A program made the translations under genes and the position numbers. A DNA stretch of 64,000 bases from the NCBI GenBank assembly GCA_023261045.1, contig JALRJZ010000001.1:7088-71087 (forward strand), read 5' to 3'. The stretch comes from Akkermansiaceae bacterium. GTDB taxonomy: Bacteria; Verrucomicrobiota; Verrucomicrobiia; Verrucomicrobiales; Akkermansiaceae. The notes under the pieces were generated by a model. It did no database searches, had not been told where the DNA came from, and worked only from the letters and a program-made list of their open reading frames with translations. The stretch's first letter is position 1. Each line of letters starts with the position of its first letter. Shown here one piece after another: positions 37,507 through 47,956 of the stretch.

Positions 37507-38327
37507 GAGGCTTCAGGCTCAACCCTCTGAGAACAATAGGCCGCCACTTTTTGGTGAGCACGAATATGGAGTTTGAGGTCCAATAGGATCTTTCCAGCGA
37601 TGAGCAGTAAGATTAAGAGGAGGGGGCTTCCCAAGGCCATAATGGCAAAGGCCCCCAAAAGAATAGTCACATGGAGGACAACAATTCTTCCGTAAGGCGC
37701 GATCATCAGAAAAAGCACGATGGTGCGTTTGTATTCTCCTTTTCGAAGATAGTTGGATACAAATGAGAAAAGATGGCTGACGAGTAGGGCAAGAGCTGCC
37801 CAGCTACCTCCATGGGAAATGACCGCTCCAATTAAGTCGGGAAATTCTCCGGCATTCGAACTAGCGCCACCATTTTTCCCAAAAGGGCCGTCTTCACTCA
37901 AAAGCGCGAAGACGAAGATGCCATGAACGAGGCAGAAAAGTCCGTAGTGGAAGGTGAAAAAAGGGATCAGAAAAAACTTCATCCCATGGTTCACGAAGCA
38001 GCCGATCTTTTCCATTTTTTCGGAGGAATCGATGGCCTTTCCGATCAGCTGCTGTTGATGGATTTTGTCTTGTGCGGACGCTAGATTCGCTGCCTTCAGG
38101 GCTTTGGTTTTAAAATCAAAACTTTTTAGATCGGGAGAGCAAACCGCCATCTTAAGAATATTAATGATCCCAATGATCACATTCTCCATCCAATAGATCA
38201 AAACGACTTCAAAGACGTCCCAGTCGCCAAATAAAACTCCCGCTAGGGGCGCAAGATTCGCCACAATCAAGGCCCAGATGGCGAGATCAGTTTTTTTTGG
38301 GTCGGAGTTTTTTAGAAAAAAAGACAT
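37503..38327 (-). CDS. hypothetical polytopic membrane protein
   Basis: At least 6 hydrophobic segments (for example IWALIVANLAPLAGVLF, VVLIYWMENVIIGIINILKMAV, FFLIPFFTFHYGLFCLVHGIFVFALL). It may belong to the DUF6498-type family, but I am not certain. Its stop overlaps the Gfo gene stop by 4 nt (convergent). Confidence 0.75.
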   Translation of the reverse strand: MSFFLKNSDPKKTDLAIWALIVANLAPLAGVLFGDWDVFEVVLIYWMENVIIGIINILKMAVCSPDLKSFDFKTKALKAANLASAQDKIHQQQLIGKAIDSSEKMEKIGCFVNHGMKFFLIPFFTFHYGLFCLVHGIFVFALLSEDGPFGKNGGASSNAGEFPDLIGAVISHGGSWAALALLVSHLFSFVSNYLRKGEYKRTIVLFLMIAPYGRIVVLHVTILLGAFAIMALGSPLLLILLLIAGKILLDLKLHIRAHQKVAAYCSQRVEPEAS

Positions 38328-38348
38328 CTTTGAAGCAGGCGCTAGATG

Positions 38349-38969
38349 TTAGGAGGCAATCAGCTTGGCGAGTTCGTCGGGCGTTGAAATGAGCCAGTCT
38401 GGCTCGTGTTTTGAGAGAGCTTCTTTGGTGTTAAAACCCCAAGTAACGGCGGCGACGGATACGGCTGCACGCTTGGCAGCCTTGATATCGCGAACCTCAT
38501 CTCCGATGTAGATCATATTGAGCGGTGAAAGAGAATAGGTGCGAGCAATCGCACTTAGGTGTTTGGCTTTTCCCCTGAGTTTTGGACAGGTTGAGATGAA
38601 TTCAAAGTGTTTGCGAATGCCAAATTGATTGAGAAAAACCTCAACATTTTCAGATGAATTTGAAGTGAGGATTCCCAGCGAGCGCGGACTCTGGTGAAGG
38701 TTCTCAATTTGCTCGAGAATTCCGGGAACTGGTTTGATCGCCTCAATTCGCTCGCGCAGCATTCTTCGGCCTTGATTTAAGACATGGGGAAGATGACGCG
38801 GCTTGAGGGCAAGGCGTTTGAGCAACTTTCGAATCCCCAGTTCGCGAAGGACAGGAAGGTTTTCGGGCCCTATGGGGACGAGGTCGTATGCGGGAGCCAG
38901 TTCGTTATAAATCTCACAGACGGTTCCGAGCGAGTCGGCAATCGTTCCGTCGAAGTCAAAGATAATCAT
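38349..38969 (-). CDS. HAD-superfamily hydrolase (phosphoglycolate phosphatase-like)
   Basis: Motif I MIIFDFDGTIADS, motif II ILTSNS, motif III/IV K...YIGDEVRDIKAAKRA. Confidence 0.9.
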   Translation of the reverse strand: MIIFDFDGTIADSLGTVCEIYNELAPAYDLVPIGPENLPVLRELGIRKLLKRLALKPRHLPHVLNQGRRMLRERIEAIKPVPGILEQIENLHQSPRSLGILTSNSSENVEVFLNQFGIRKHFEFISTCPKLRGKAKHLSAIARTYSLSPLNMIYIGDEVRDIKAAKRAAVSVAAVTWGFNTKEALSKHEPDWLISTPDELAKLIAS

Positions 38970-39016
38970 GAGCTTCGTCTACTAAAATCTGTTGTTTAGG
39001 CTCAGTGAAGGAGAAG

Positions 39017-39880
39017 TTATTTCTTAGGCCAAATCCACCGCATCGTATCGGGGAAGATTTGTCCTCCGTGTTTGCCATCATGACCACCCGTTCCTCCAAC
39101 AAACTTGTAGTCGTATTGGCGGAAAGCCAGAGCTTTTTCCATCTGGAGATTACTTAGCCACCAGTTGCCGTGTTGGTTATCTAGATCGTGCTCACCATCT
39201 TGAAGGAAAACCCTGATATTTCTCTTCTCTTCTTTCCTGATGAGAGCCGGGTAAACATGGCCTCCTCGAATATTGGTAAAACTTCCGATATGACTAATGA
39301 CATTTCCAAAAAGGTCAGGGCGCTCCCAAGCAACAGTAAATGCGCAAATCCCTCCTGAGCTCATTCCACAAATGGTCCGACGCGCCGGATCCTGGGCCAG
39401 CTTGTATGCTTTTGCGACTTCGGGGAGGATTTCTTTTTCGAGGAATTGCGCATAGTTGGAGTTGAGGGAGTCGTATTCGACACTTCGGTTACTCCCCTTC
39501 TTATTTCCCCACCCCTGACGTCCCTCTATTTTGTCAGTAAACAGCCCTGGGTTAATAAAAATACCGATGGTGAGGGGGATTTCTTGGTGGGCATGTAAGT
39601 GATCAAAAACATTCGGAACTCGAATGAGGCCCTTTTCATCGACATAGGCATGACCATCTTGAAAAACCACCACATTTGCCGCTTCGCTCCCATCGTATTG
39701 AGCCGGAATGTAGAGGTAATACTGCCGGAGGGTTCCTTTGAAAACCTCGCTTTTCCACTCATGGAGGGTGACTTCTCCATGGGGAATACCGTCCTGTTTC
39801 TGGGAGGCTTCACTCAGGTGATACTCTTCAGCTCCTGATGAAAAAACGATAAGCAAGTTGAGGAGGAACATTCTCATCAC
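39017..39880 (-). CDS. secreted esterase-family alpha/beta hydrolase (putative esterase / enterochelin-esterase-like)
   Basis: Signal MMRMFLLNLLIVFSSGA. Nucleophile elbow ICGMSSGGICAF. Family-typical YYLYIPAQYDG and FLQDGEHD. Confidence 0.85.
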   Translation of the reverse strand: MMRMFLLNLLIVFSSGAEEYHLSEASQKQDGIPHGEVTLHEWKSEVFKGTLRQYYLYIPAQYDGSEAANVVVFQDGHAYVDEKGLIRVPNVFDHLHAHQEIPLTIGIFINPGLFTDKIEGRQGWGNKKGSNRSVEYDSLNSNYAQFLEKEILPEVAKAYKLAQDPARRTICGMSSGGICAFTVAWERPDLFGNVISHIGSFTNIRGGHVYPALIRKEEKRNIRVFLQDGEHDLDNQHGNWWLSNLQMEKALAFRQYDYKFVGGTGGHDGKHGGQIFPDTMRWIWPKK

Positions 39881-39990
39881 GAACGAAGATATAGAGATTT
39901 GATGCCGATTTTAAAAGATTAGAAATAATTTACCCATCAGGGTCTTTCTTTAGAATTTTCGGGCTCTTGGTTTCGTTTTATTAACCTGCC

Positions 39991-42900
39991 ATGAGGGTTT
40001 TCTTTTTCTTTCTTTTGATCACAAGTTCGCTGTTAGGACAACCCCGTCTGATTCCGAGCGATAACCCACTTCAAGCGACGTCTTATTTGGAAATCGTCTT
40101 TGATGAATCGATGGTTTCTCAGGAGGAAGTTGGCAAAGACGTCGAGAATCAACTGGTTTCGATCGTGCCTGAGATGGAAGTTCAACTCACATGGCGGGCT
40201 CGCAATATTGCTCGTTTGCTTCCCAAAAAAGCACCCATTCTTGGCGCTTCTTACCAAATCACCCTCAATGAAGGGCTGAGCACGGAGCAGGGGCTCAACG
40301 TTCAAGGTCAGGTTTTTAAGGAAGTGAATGTGGCTCCCCTCGAAGTCATTAGCAAAGTCAAACAGGGCACGATTCGCTCTGGCGGTCTTGTTTTAGTTTT
40401 TAACGACGAGGTGGTCGCTTCCGAAGTTGGGCCGTTTTTCCATTTCGTGAGACCCAAGACCGAGGACCAGGAGCAGCAGATCGTAGCGGCAAGAACTCGC
40501 CAAGCAACTTGGGGTGATTTAGGAGCTCAGCGATATGCCTACAGGCAGGCTTGGGGCGATGCTTTTGGAAAAAACAATATTGATCAACAGCGACCTCTCA
40601 CGGATGTCCTTTCCAACGCGATTCTCGTTGAGCCTGCTCGGTTTCTACCGATTGGCAAAGGGTGGACTCTCAAACGCCTTCCAGGCCTCTCGAATCGGGC
40701 GAAAAAAGCGACGATGGAGAATGAAGGGCAGTATCTTCTTGGTGACGTTGACCCTTTTGATTTGAGGAGTGCAAAAGCGCAGACAGTGGTGGATGGTAAA
40801 CGCTCGATTCGTCTGTTTTTCAATCAGGGGATTTCACCATCTCTCAGTCCTGAGGAAATCGTTCAATCGCTTGAACTCAAGCCAAGGGTCACGGGGCTCA
40901 AGGCCACCTTCGAATCCCGCCGCAAGACGCTTGTTCTTCACGGAGATTTCGAGGCCGAAGATTATTATGAAATCACGATCCCCAAGAATTTTTCTGGGGT
41001 CGATGGCTTGATTTTGGAGAAAACGAAGATTCAAAAACTGAAGTTTATTCGTGCGACTCCACAAGTGATTCTTCCCAGTTATGATGAGGCACAGCTCGCC
41101 TCGGGCACTCGCCAATATGAGATCGAATCCGTGAATCAGCAGGAATTACAAATCACGATTAAACGAATGGAGCATCAGGATTTGATTCGAGCCATCCAAG
41201 GTTTCAGAAGCTATACGGGGCGCACTGCGAATGGTAAATGGTTGCGCAATACGGGTCCAATTCCCTTTGTGTTGGTCGGAGGCGAGGTGGTCTTCGATGA
41301 AAGGGTAGTAATTCAGGCGCCTCTGGACACAACGACAAAGCATACCATTCAGTGGGATCAATTGCTCCCGCCGGATCGTCGATCGGGATCATTTTTTATC
41401 ACGGTGACTGGAACTGCGGTCGCTCACCCAGATCTGCGCCAAAATCGGCTGACTGAGGCTCAATCGATTGTGCAGCTTACTGACCTAGGATTGGCTTGGA
41501 AAGTCACTGAGGATTCGGCTTTCGTTTATGCATACTCCTGTCAGAGCGGCTTACCACTCAAGGGAGTGGACCTTTCATCTTTTGGCGAAAATGCCACCCT
41601 CATCGAAAGAGTGGTGACGGATCAATCAGGAGTGGCCCGTTTGAAGAGGGGAAGTGAGCAACGGCACTTACAAGCGAGCTTGGATGATGATTCTTTTGTC
41701 ATTCCTTTTGATCGCTCTCTCCCAGAAGTTTCAATGTGGAGGTTTCCGATTCAGTTTTCTTGGAGCGGAACATCGGGAGTTTTTCGTGATGTGTATTTAT
41801 TTACGGATCGAAACCTTTATCAACCTGGAGAGCTTGTTCGGCTGAAGGGGATCGCTCGTCAAAAAGAAGAAGATGAGTTTAAAATCCCTGAGCAGGAGCC
41901 ACCAACTCTCAAGGTCAAAGATCCTCTTGGAAGAGAGGTTTATAGCGGTGAGCTGCCTCTCTCTGAATTCGGTTCGTTTGATTTTTCTTATCAGCTACCG
42001 AAGGTCACGGTTGGGCAATACCGCTATGAGCTCACCTGGCCAAAGGATCTAGAGCGAGCCGATGAGATCGATCGTTGGAACGAAAAGAGGCAAATTCAGC
42101 AGTCCTCTTCGTTTAGTCACTTCTTTCATGTTCAAGAGTTTAAGCGCAATACATTTGACGGAGAAGCGACCCTAGTGGAGTCAGCCGATCACGAGATGAA
42201 GTATGAGCTAAGCGCTCGTTATTATCAGGGGACGCCCGTGGCCAAAGCTCGGGCGAAGTGGTATTTGTATGCACGCCCAAGTGGTATTTATCCTACGAAG
42301 TTTCGTGAGTTTTATTTTGGGAATCATCGTGAATATGATCCTTATTACTGGGCTCATTATTTTGGATATCGAGATGATGACGGGCGCAGGCAAGAGGGGA
42401 ATCATTTTCAGAATGGTGAAATTGAACTTAGCTCCGAAGGTCGGGCTTCGCTGGAGCTGACCCTGCCTCCGATTGATGACCCAATGCCACGGCAGGTCCA
42501 GCTGACGGCCGAAGTCACGGACTCTAATAGCCAGACGCTGAGCTTGTCTCGGTCAATTCGTGTCCATTCTTCAGATTATTATTTGGGGTTGTCTCGCGAT
42601 GATCGGTTGGCTCGTGTAGGTGATGAAATGCCTCTGAGAATTGTTTCAGTCGGGCAAGCTGGTGAACTCTACGACAAGAAAATCCAAGCAACTCTTAAGG
42701 TGTCTCGAGAGGAGCACACGCAAATCAAATCTCGCGCTGCGAATGGAGCGATGGTGATCCAAAATGAAAAATCGATTATTCCCATTCGCGAGGTGATCTT
42801 TTTCGTTCCGAGTTCTTCTTCTGGGGTGGATCTTCCCTTCGTCCCCCAAGAAGCAGGGCGATACATTTTTGAGCTCACTTCCTATGATTCACGCGGGCGT

Positions 42901-45684
42901 CTTGTCAAAACAACGACAACCCGCCAGGTCTACGGAGGAAGTGACTACCCCTGGGAATATGAATCTGGAATGCGCATCAAGCTTGTTCCCGAACAGCAAC
43001 GTTATCAGCCCGGAGATCAAGCTCGTATTCTTGTCTTATCTCCGATTGAGGGGGAGGCTCTCATCACCGTTGAAAAGAAGGGTGTTTTACGTCACTTCTG
43101 TAAGCAATTGACGCTCAAGGATCCGGTCATTGAGTTGCCCCTTAGTGATCTCGATGCGCCTAATGTTTTTGTTTCAGTTCTCGTCATCAAAGGCACTCAT
43201 GATTCAAAGCGAAAACACCCTGAGCCTCAACTTCGTCTGGGCTATTGTGAGCTCGAAGTTGCTCCTCGCCAGCAACGTCTTCATGTCGAAATGGCTCCGC
43301 TGCTGAGCGAAGTGCGCCCTGGAGAAAACGTCCAGATCAGAGGGCGTGTCCTCAGCGCTGAAGCAAAGCCGGTTGCTCAGGCCGAAGTGGTTTTTTACGC
43401 TGAGGACGAGGGAGTTTTGAAAGTCATGGGACATGAGAATCCCGACCCCTTAGCTTATTTTCATGCGCCTCGTCCTCTCGAGATGAGAAATGGAACATCT
43501 CTGGGGAATTTTATTTCTGAGTCTCCAGAAGGTCGGAATCTTGCAAACAAAGGATTTATTATTGGTGACGGAGGTGATGGTGGTTGGTCCGGCGAAGAGT
43601 CTCTAACTGCTCGAGAGAATTTTGATCCGTGTGCTGCTTGGATGCCCAAGATTAAGACGGATTTAAATGGTGAGTTCGTGGTCAATTTTATCTCTCCGGA
43701 CACCTTGACCCGCTACCGCCTAATCGCTGTTGTCCATGATGGGCAATCAAGGTTTGGAACAGGAACTGGGGAGGTTGTTGTCAATAAGCCCTTAATGTTA
43801 GAACCTGCGCCTCCATTGTTTGCTCACCAAGGGGACCAAATTCGCGCGAAGGCTCTTCTGCAAAACCAGAGTGATCATGGAGCGACCTGGAAAGTGAGTC
43901 TTGAATTGGGGGGGCTTAGTCGATCGATTCGGGCGGAAGGAGAAGGTAAAGATCAGACGCTGACAAAACTCGTTAAACTGGATGCTCATTCGCAAGAATC
44001 AGTCGAGTTTGATGTGCATTTTATTGAAACTGGAAAGGCACAATGGGTTTGGTCTGCGGTTACTGTTGATCAAGAGGATCCTGTCTTGCGAAAGTCTTTA
44101 TCGGATGCCGTGAAGTCCGAGTTTCATGTGCATTACCCCATGCCACTTCTGCGAGAAACTCATTTCCTTTCAATACAGGGCGCTCAGCCAGAGCAAGATC
44201 TCCTTGAGCCCTTTTCTGGAGAGCTGATCAATGGGGTTGGTCAGGTGGAGTTTGAGTTTGCGCGCTCGAGACTGATCGAAGCGAGTGGAGCGATCGATTA
44301 TCTTCTTCACTATCCTTATGGGTGTGTTGAGCAAACAACGTCTTCAACAATTCCCTGGGTTGCTGCCAAGGAGCTCCGACACCTTGTGCCTGGATTTCAG
44401 AATAAATCTGAAAGTGAGATTGAAAAAGCGATCCAATCTGGAGTGGATCGTTTGCTCTCGATGCAAACTCGAAATGGTGGATTGGCATATTGGCCTGGTC
44501 GTCAAGATGCGTTGCCTTGGGCGAGTTCGTATGGAGCGATGGGTTTGATCTTATGCCGCGACGCAGGTGCTCAGGTTCCTGAAAAAGCACTCAAGGATTT
44601 GGGAGCATACCTCTCAACTCAATTACGAAATCTCTCTGCCGCGAAGTCGAGTGCTGATCTTGAGCTCATTGCTCGCTCTCTCTACGTTTTAGCAGCACTC
44701 GGTCAAGCGGAGCCTGCTTACCATGCGAAATTGTTAGAAAGGCTCGATGAATTGTCTTTGGCCTCTCGAAGCTTCCTCGCCATGGCTCTTCATCTTTCGG
44801 GCCAAAAGGGCGCACAAGAGCTCCTCCGTCAAAAGCCAATGGCCGGGAAGGGCAGTGGTTATTGGATGAATCATCGCTCAGAGGAAGCGATGACTCTTCT
44901 TGCTTGGGCAACGATCGAACCCACATCAGATTCGTGTGAGCAAGCACTTGATCGGCTGATTGCCACCCGCTCGAGCCAAGGGCATTGGCAAACCACCTGG
45001 TGTAATGCTTGGGCTCTTTTGGCGATGGGAACCTATGCTCAATCCATGGAAAAAGAATTCCAAGAGATCACCATTACGCTCAGAAGCTCTGACGGAGTAG
45101 AGGAGTTGACCCTCCCAGTGGATCGTGGGTCGTGCAAAGTCAGCTTTCCACTAAAGGCCGGCTTTTTTGCTAAGGCTTTTGCAGATCAAAAAGTTTATCT
45201 CTACGGCAAGCTCGCAGCAAAGCCTCGTATTTCTCCTATTGAGCCAGTTTCAAAATCAGGAGTGACGGTCAATCGAATCTATCAACGAGTGAGTGCAAAT
45301 GGTCAAAGCGAAGACTTAGACGAGCCCCGTATCGGTGACCTTGTTAAGGTGAGCTTGGAAGTGTTTTTGCCCAACGAAAGCTTTCGCTACCTTGTCATCG
45401 ATGATCCATTGCCTTCTTGCTTCCAAGCGATTAATTCCGACTTTGGAAGTCAATCTCGGCAGCTCACTGACAAGAAAAACTGGCAGATTTCCCATCAAGA
45501 AATTCGTCGTGATCGAGTGCTCTTTTTTGCTGATGCCCCTCAAACGAATGGCAAGATTTCCTTCAGTTATCATGCTCGTGTGACTCATGCGGGGTCCATT
45601 TATGTGCCCCCCACCAAGGTGGAAGAGATGTACCAACCAGAGAGTTTTGCTCTTGGAAGTTCAAACCATCTTGAGGTGAAGTGA
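39991..45684 (+). CDS. bacterial alpha-2-macroglobulin family protein (YfhM-like) with an intact thioester motif
   Basis: 1897 aa with a signal peptide. Thioester YPYGCVEQTTSS (CVEQ at 44323-44334). MG-domain repeats. Its stop overlaps the GTG start of pbpC (GTGA at 45681-45684). Confidence 0.93.
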   Translation: MRVFFFFLLITSSLLGQPRLIPSDNPLQATSYLEIVFDESMVSQEEVGKDVENQLVSIVPEMEVQLTWRARNIARLLPKKAPILGASYQITLNEGLSTEQGLNVQGQVFKEVNVAPLEVISKVKQGTIRSGGLVLVFNDEVVASEVGPFFHFVRPKTEDQEQQIVAARTRQATWGDLGAQRYAYRQAWGDAFGKNNIDQQRPLTDVLSNAILVEPARFLPIGKGWTLKRLPGLSNRAKKATMENEGQYLLGDVDPFDLRSAKAQTVVDGKRSIRLFFNQGISPSLSPEEIVQSLELKPRVTGLKATFESRRKTLVLHGDFEAEDYYEITIPKNFSGVDGLILEKTKIQKLKFIRATPQVILPSYDEAQLASGTRQYEIESVNQQELQITIKRMEHQDLIRAIQGFRSYTGRTANGKWLRNTGPIPFVLVGGEVVFDERVVIQAPLDTTTKHTIQWDQLLPPDRRSGSFFITVTGTAVAHPDLRQNRLTEAQSIVQLTDLGLAWKVTEDSAFVYAYSCQSGLPLKGVDLSSFGENATLIERVVTDQSGVARLKRGSEQRHLQASLDDDSFVIPFDRSLPEVSMWRFPIQFSWSGTSGVFRDVYLFTDRNLYQPGELVRLKGIARQKEEDEFKIPEQEPPTLKVKDPLGREVYSGELPLSEFGSFDFSYQLPKVTVGQYRYELTWPKDLERADEIDRWNEKRQIQQSSSFSHFFHVQEFKRNTFDGEATLVESADHEMKYELSARYYQGTPVAKARAKWYLYARPSGIYPTKFREFYFGNHREYDPYYWAHYFGYRDDDGRRQEGNHFQNGEIELSSEGRASLELTLPPIDDPMPRQVQLTAEVTDSNSQTLSLSRSIRVHSSDYYLGLSRDDRLARVGDEMPLRIVSVGQAGELYDKKIQATLKVSREEHTQIKSRAANGAMVIQNEKSIIPIREVIFFVPSSSSGVDLPFVPQEAGRYIFELTSYDSRGRLVKTTTTRQVYGGSDYPWEYESGMRIKLVPEQQRYQPGDQARILVLSPIEGEALITVEKKGVLRHFCKQLTLKDPVIELPLSDLDAPNVFVSVLVIKGTHDSKRKHPEPQLRLGYCELEVAPRQQRLHVEMAPLLSEVRPGENVQIRGRVLSAEAKPVAQAEVVFYAEDEGVLKVMGHENPDPLAYFHAPRPLEMRNGTSLGNFISESPEGRNLANKGFIIGDGGDGGWSGEESLTARENFDPCAAWMPKIKTDLNGEFVVNFISPDTLTRYRLIAVVHDGQSRFGTGTGEVVVNKPLMLEPAPPLFAHQGDQIRAKALLQNQSDHGATWKVSLELGGLSRSIRAEGEGKDQTLTKLVKLDAHSQESVEFDVHFIETGKAQWVWSAVTVDQEDPVLRKSLSDAVKSEFHVHYPMPLLRETHFLSIQGAQPEQDLLEPFSGELINGVGQVEFEFARSRLIEASGAIDYLLHYPYGCVEQTTSSTIPWVAAKELRHLVPGFQNKSESEIEKAIQSGVDRLLSMQTRNGGLAYWPGRQDALPWASSYGAMGLILCRDAGAQVPEKALKDLGAYLSTQLRNLSAAKSSADLELIARSLYVLAALGQAEPAYHAKLLERLDELSLASRSFLAMALHLSGQKGAQELLRQKPMAGKGSGYWMNHRSEEAMTLLAWATIEPTSDSCEQALDRLIATRSSQGHWQTTWCNAWALLAMGTYAQSMEKEFQEITITLRSSDGVEELTLPVDRGSCKVSFPLKAGFFAKAFADQKVYLYGKLAAKPRISPIEPVSKSGVTVNRIYQRVSANGQSEDLDEPRIGDLVKVSLEVFLPNESFRYLVIDDPLPSCFQAINSDFGSQSRQLTDKKNWQISHQEIRRDRVLFFADAPQTNGKISFSYHARVTHAGSIYVPPTKVEEMYQPESFALGSSNHLEVK

Positions 45685-47912
45685 TTCTAGGTCCATCCAT
45701 TCCCAAAATTGCACCATGGGCGCTTTTATTGCCCATGTTGCTCCTTCAGGTCCCGTTGCCCAAAGAGCTATCCGAGGTGCCTGCGGCTAATCCAGTGATC
45801 AAAGACCGCAATGGGGAGGAGCTCGTGAATCTTCCTAGGAAGGATTATTTTCGCCATCGGCCAACGACTCTCGAAGAAATTCCCAAAGAGCTCATGCAAG
45901 CGACTCTAGCGGCAGAGGATAAAAGATTCTTACACCATGGTGGTGTCGACTACTGGGCGACCCTTCGCGCAGTCTATGATAACCTTCGCTTCAAGCGCAT
46001 TACTTCGGGGGCCTCAACAATTACCCAGCAGTTGGTGAAAATCAGTCGACCCTTGGGTGATCGCCACTGGGCAAAAAAGATTCAGGAATTCTATTTGGCC
46101 AGACGCTTAGAAACTCGATGGAGTAAAGATGAGATTCTTTCGACCTATTTAAACCGGCTGGACTATGGGGCTCATCGCCAAGGGTGTGTTGAAGCTGCCC
46201 GGTATTTTTTTGGTAAGCCGTTGGGAGATCTTTCCCTTGCCGAAGCTGCTTTATTAGCGGGCTTGCCTCAAGCTCCCTCTCGGCTCAATCCCTTTCGGCA
46301 TCCAGAAGCCGCGCTCAGTCGCCGGAATTGGATCCTCAATCGCATGGAGACTGTTTTTGGATATCAACACCATCTTATTGAACAAGCCAGAGAGGAGCCT
46401 CTCGTTTTAAGAAATCAAGCACGTGGGAACCCCATTCCCCATTTAACACAGCGATTTGGTGGAGGAGGGAGATTGACGATCGATCAAAAGCTTCAGTCTC
46501 TCACTGGCGATATCCTTAACGATGAGCTTGCTCGGTTGCATCAGGCTCACGCTCAGCACGGTGCTTTAGTAGTTATTGATCATTCTTCAGGAGAGGTCTT
46601 GGCTTTTCATGGGACATCAGATTTTGAGCACCAAAATGGAGGGCAAATCAATGGCGCAGTGGCACCGAGGTCCGCAGGTTCTAGCCTGAAACCTTTTACC
46701 TATGCGCTGGCAATTCAAGATTTGGCAATGTTTCCAGGCACGATCATTTCTGATGTCCCAACAAATTACCGGACTGAAGAAGGCTTAGAGTCTCCGAAGA
46801 ATTATGATCGACGGCATTATGGGCCAATTTCCCTTCGCGAAGCCTTGGGCCGCTCCCTCAATGTCGCTGCGATGAGAGTCCTCAATGAGCTTGGAGGCCC
46901 CGAGCCCCTTTGCCAACTCCTGCAGAAGTTGGGACTCACAACGATCGATCGAGAGCCACGTTCGTACGGACTTGGACTAACCATTGGTAATGCCGAAGTG
47001 AGTTTATTGGAATTAACCAATGCTTATGCCACCATTGCTCGCTTGGGAAAGCATCTGGAACCAAGGTTCCTACTCAACGCTCCGCGCACTAGGGAGTCCC
47101 AAGTTCTTTCTCCCGAGGCGTGTTATCTCATTGCTGATATTCTTGCAGACAATCAGGCTCGCGCCGGAGCATTCGGGGTGAATTCAGTCCTAAGGTTGCC
47201 TTTTCGATGTGCGGTCAAGACAGGCACGTCATCAGATTTTCGCGATAATTGGTGTTTTGGGTTTACGGGTCATTACACGGTTGGGGTTTGGGTTGGTAAT
47301 CTTGACAATCGGCCGATGGCTGGAGTTTCTGGGGTCGCGGGAGCAGGGCCGATTTTTCGTCGAACGATGCTCGCTCTGCATGAAAATCGGGAGCCTGTTT
47401 TTCTTAAACGCCCTCAGGGAATCCAGAGCGTTGAAGTTGATCAGCGCACAGGCCATCGATTTTTAACGACTCTAGATGCCGATGGGTTTTATCGGAATGA
47501 GGAACTTTGTGTGCAATCTCACTTACCCCCACCTGTTTTAAGTTCTGATTATGATCGAGATGGCAAAGCTCTTCTCTCCGAAGAGTTCTCTGAGTGGTTT
47601 GAGTCGAAAGAAAATCTGAAAAGGCATGAGTTTGCGATGAAAGGCGCCCCTCGTCCCGTTTCGCACTCTCCTCTAAGAATTCTGACTCCGATGGAAGGCG
47701 CGACTTATTATCTCGACCCCGAGCTCCCTCATCAATCACCAGAACTTCGGTTGGTGAGTAATCTAGAATCCCACCAAGTAGAATGGGAAAGTGGTAGTCT
47801 TCAAATTCGCAATGGTGTTGTCAGTCTCATTGTTGGGCAGCACGACGTTTGTGTCAGAAATACACAAACAGGCGAGAAAGCCAGAGTTCGATTTATGGTT
47901 GAAGATTTGTAG
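45681..47912 (+). CDS. pbpC: penicillin-binding protein 1C
   Basis: Glycosyltransferase motifs AAEDKRFLHHGGVDY, GASTITQQLVK and RKIQEFYLARRLE. Transpeptidase SAGSSLKPF (SxxK) and KTGTS. C-terminal PbpC-specific domain. Translationally coupled to the A2M gene. Confidence 0.93.
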   Translation: MILGPSIPKIAPWALLLPMLLLQVPLPKELSEVPAANPVIKDRNGEELVNLPRKDYFRHRPTTLEEIPKELMQATLAAEDKRFLHHGGVDYWATLRAVYDNLRFKRITSGASTITQQLVKISRPLGDRHWAKKIQEFYLARRLETRWSKDEILSTYLNRLDYGAHRQGCVEAARYFFGKPLGDLSLAEAALLAGLPQAPSRLNPFRHPEAALSRRNWILNRMETVFGYQHHLIEQAREEPLVLRNQARGNPIPHLTQRFGGGGRLTIDQKLQSLTGDILNDELARLHQAHAQHGALVVIDHSSGEVLAFHGTSDFEHQNGGQINGAVAPRSAGSSLKPFTYALAIQDLAMFPGTIISDVPTNYRTEEGLESPKNYDRRHYGPISLREALGRSLNVAAMRVLNELGGPEPLCQLLQKLGLTTIDREPRSYGLGLTIGNAEVSLLELTNAYATIARLGKHLEPRFLLNAPRTRESQVLSPEACYLIADILADNQARAGAFGVNSVLRLPFRCAVKTGTSSDFRDNWCFGFTGHYTVGVWVGNLDNRPMAGVSGVAGAGPIFRRTMLALHENREPVFLKRPQGIQSVEVDQRTGHRFLTTLDADGFYRNEELCVQSHLPPPVLSSDYDRDGKALLSEEFSEWFESKENLKRHEFAMKGAPRPVSHSPLRILTPMEGATYYLDPELPHQSPELRLVSNLESHQVEWESGSLQIRNGVVSLIVGQHDVCVRNTQTGEKARVRFMVEDL

Positions 47913-47956
47913 CGCTCGACAAGTATCTTTGGTGAGACTAACCACTGTCTCTAGAA

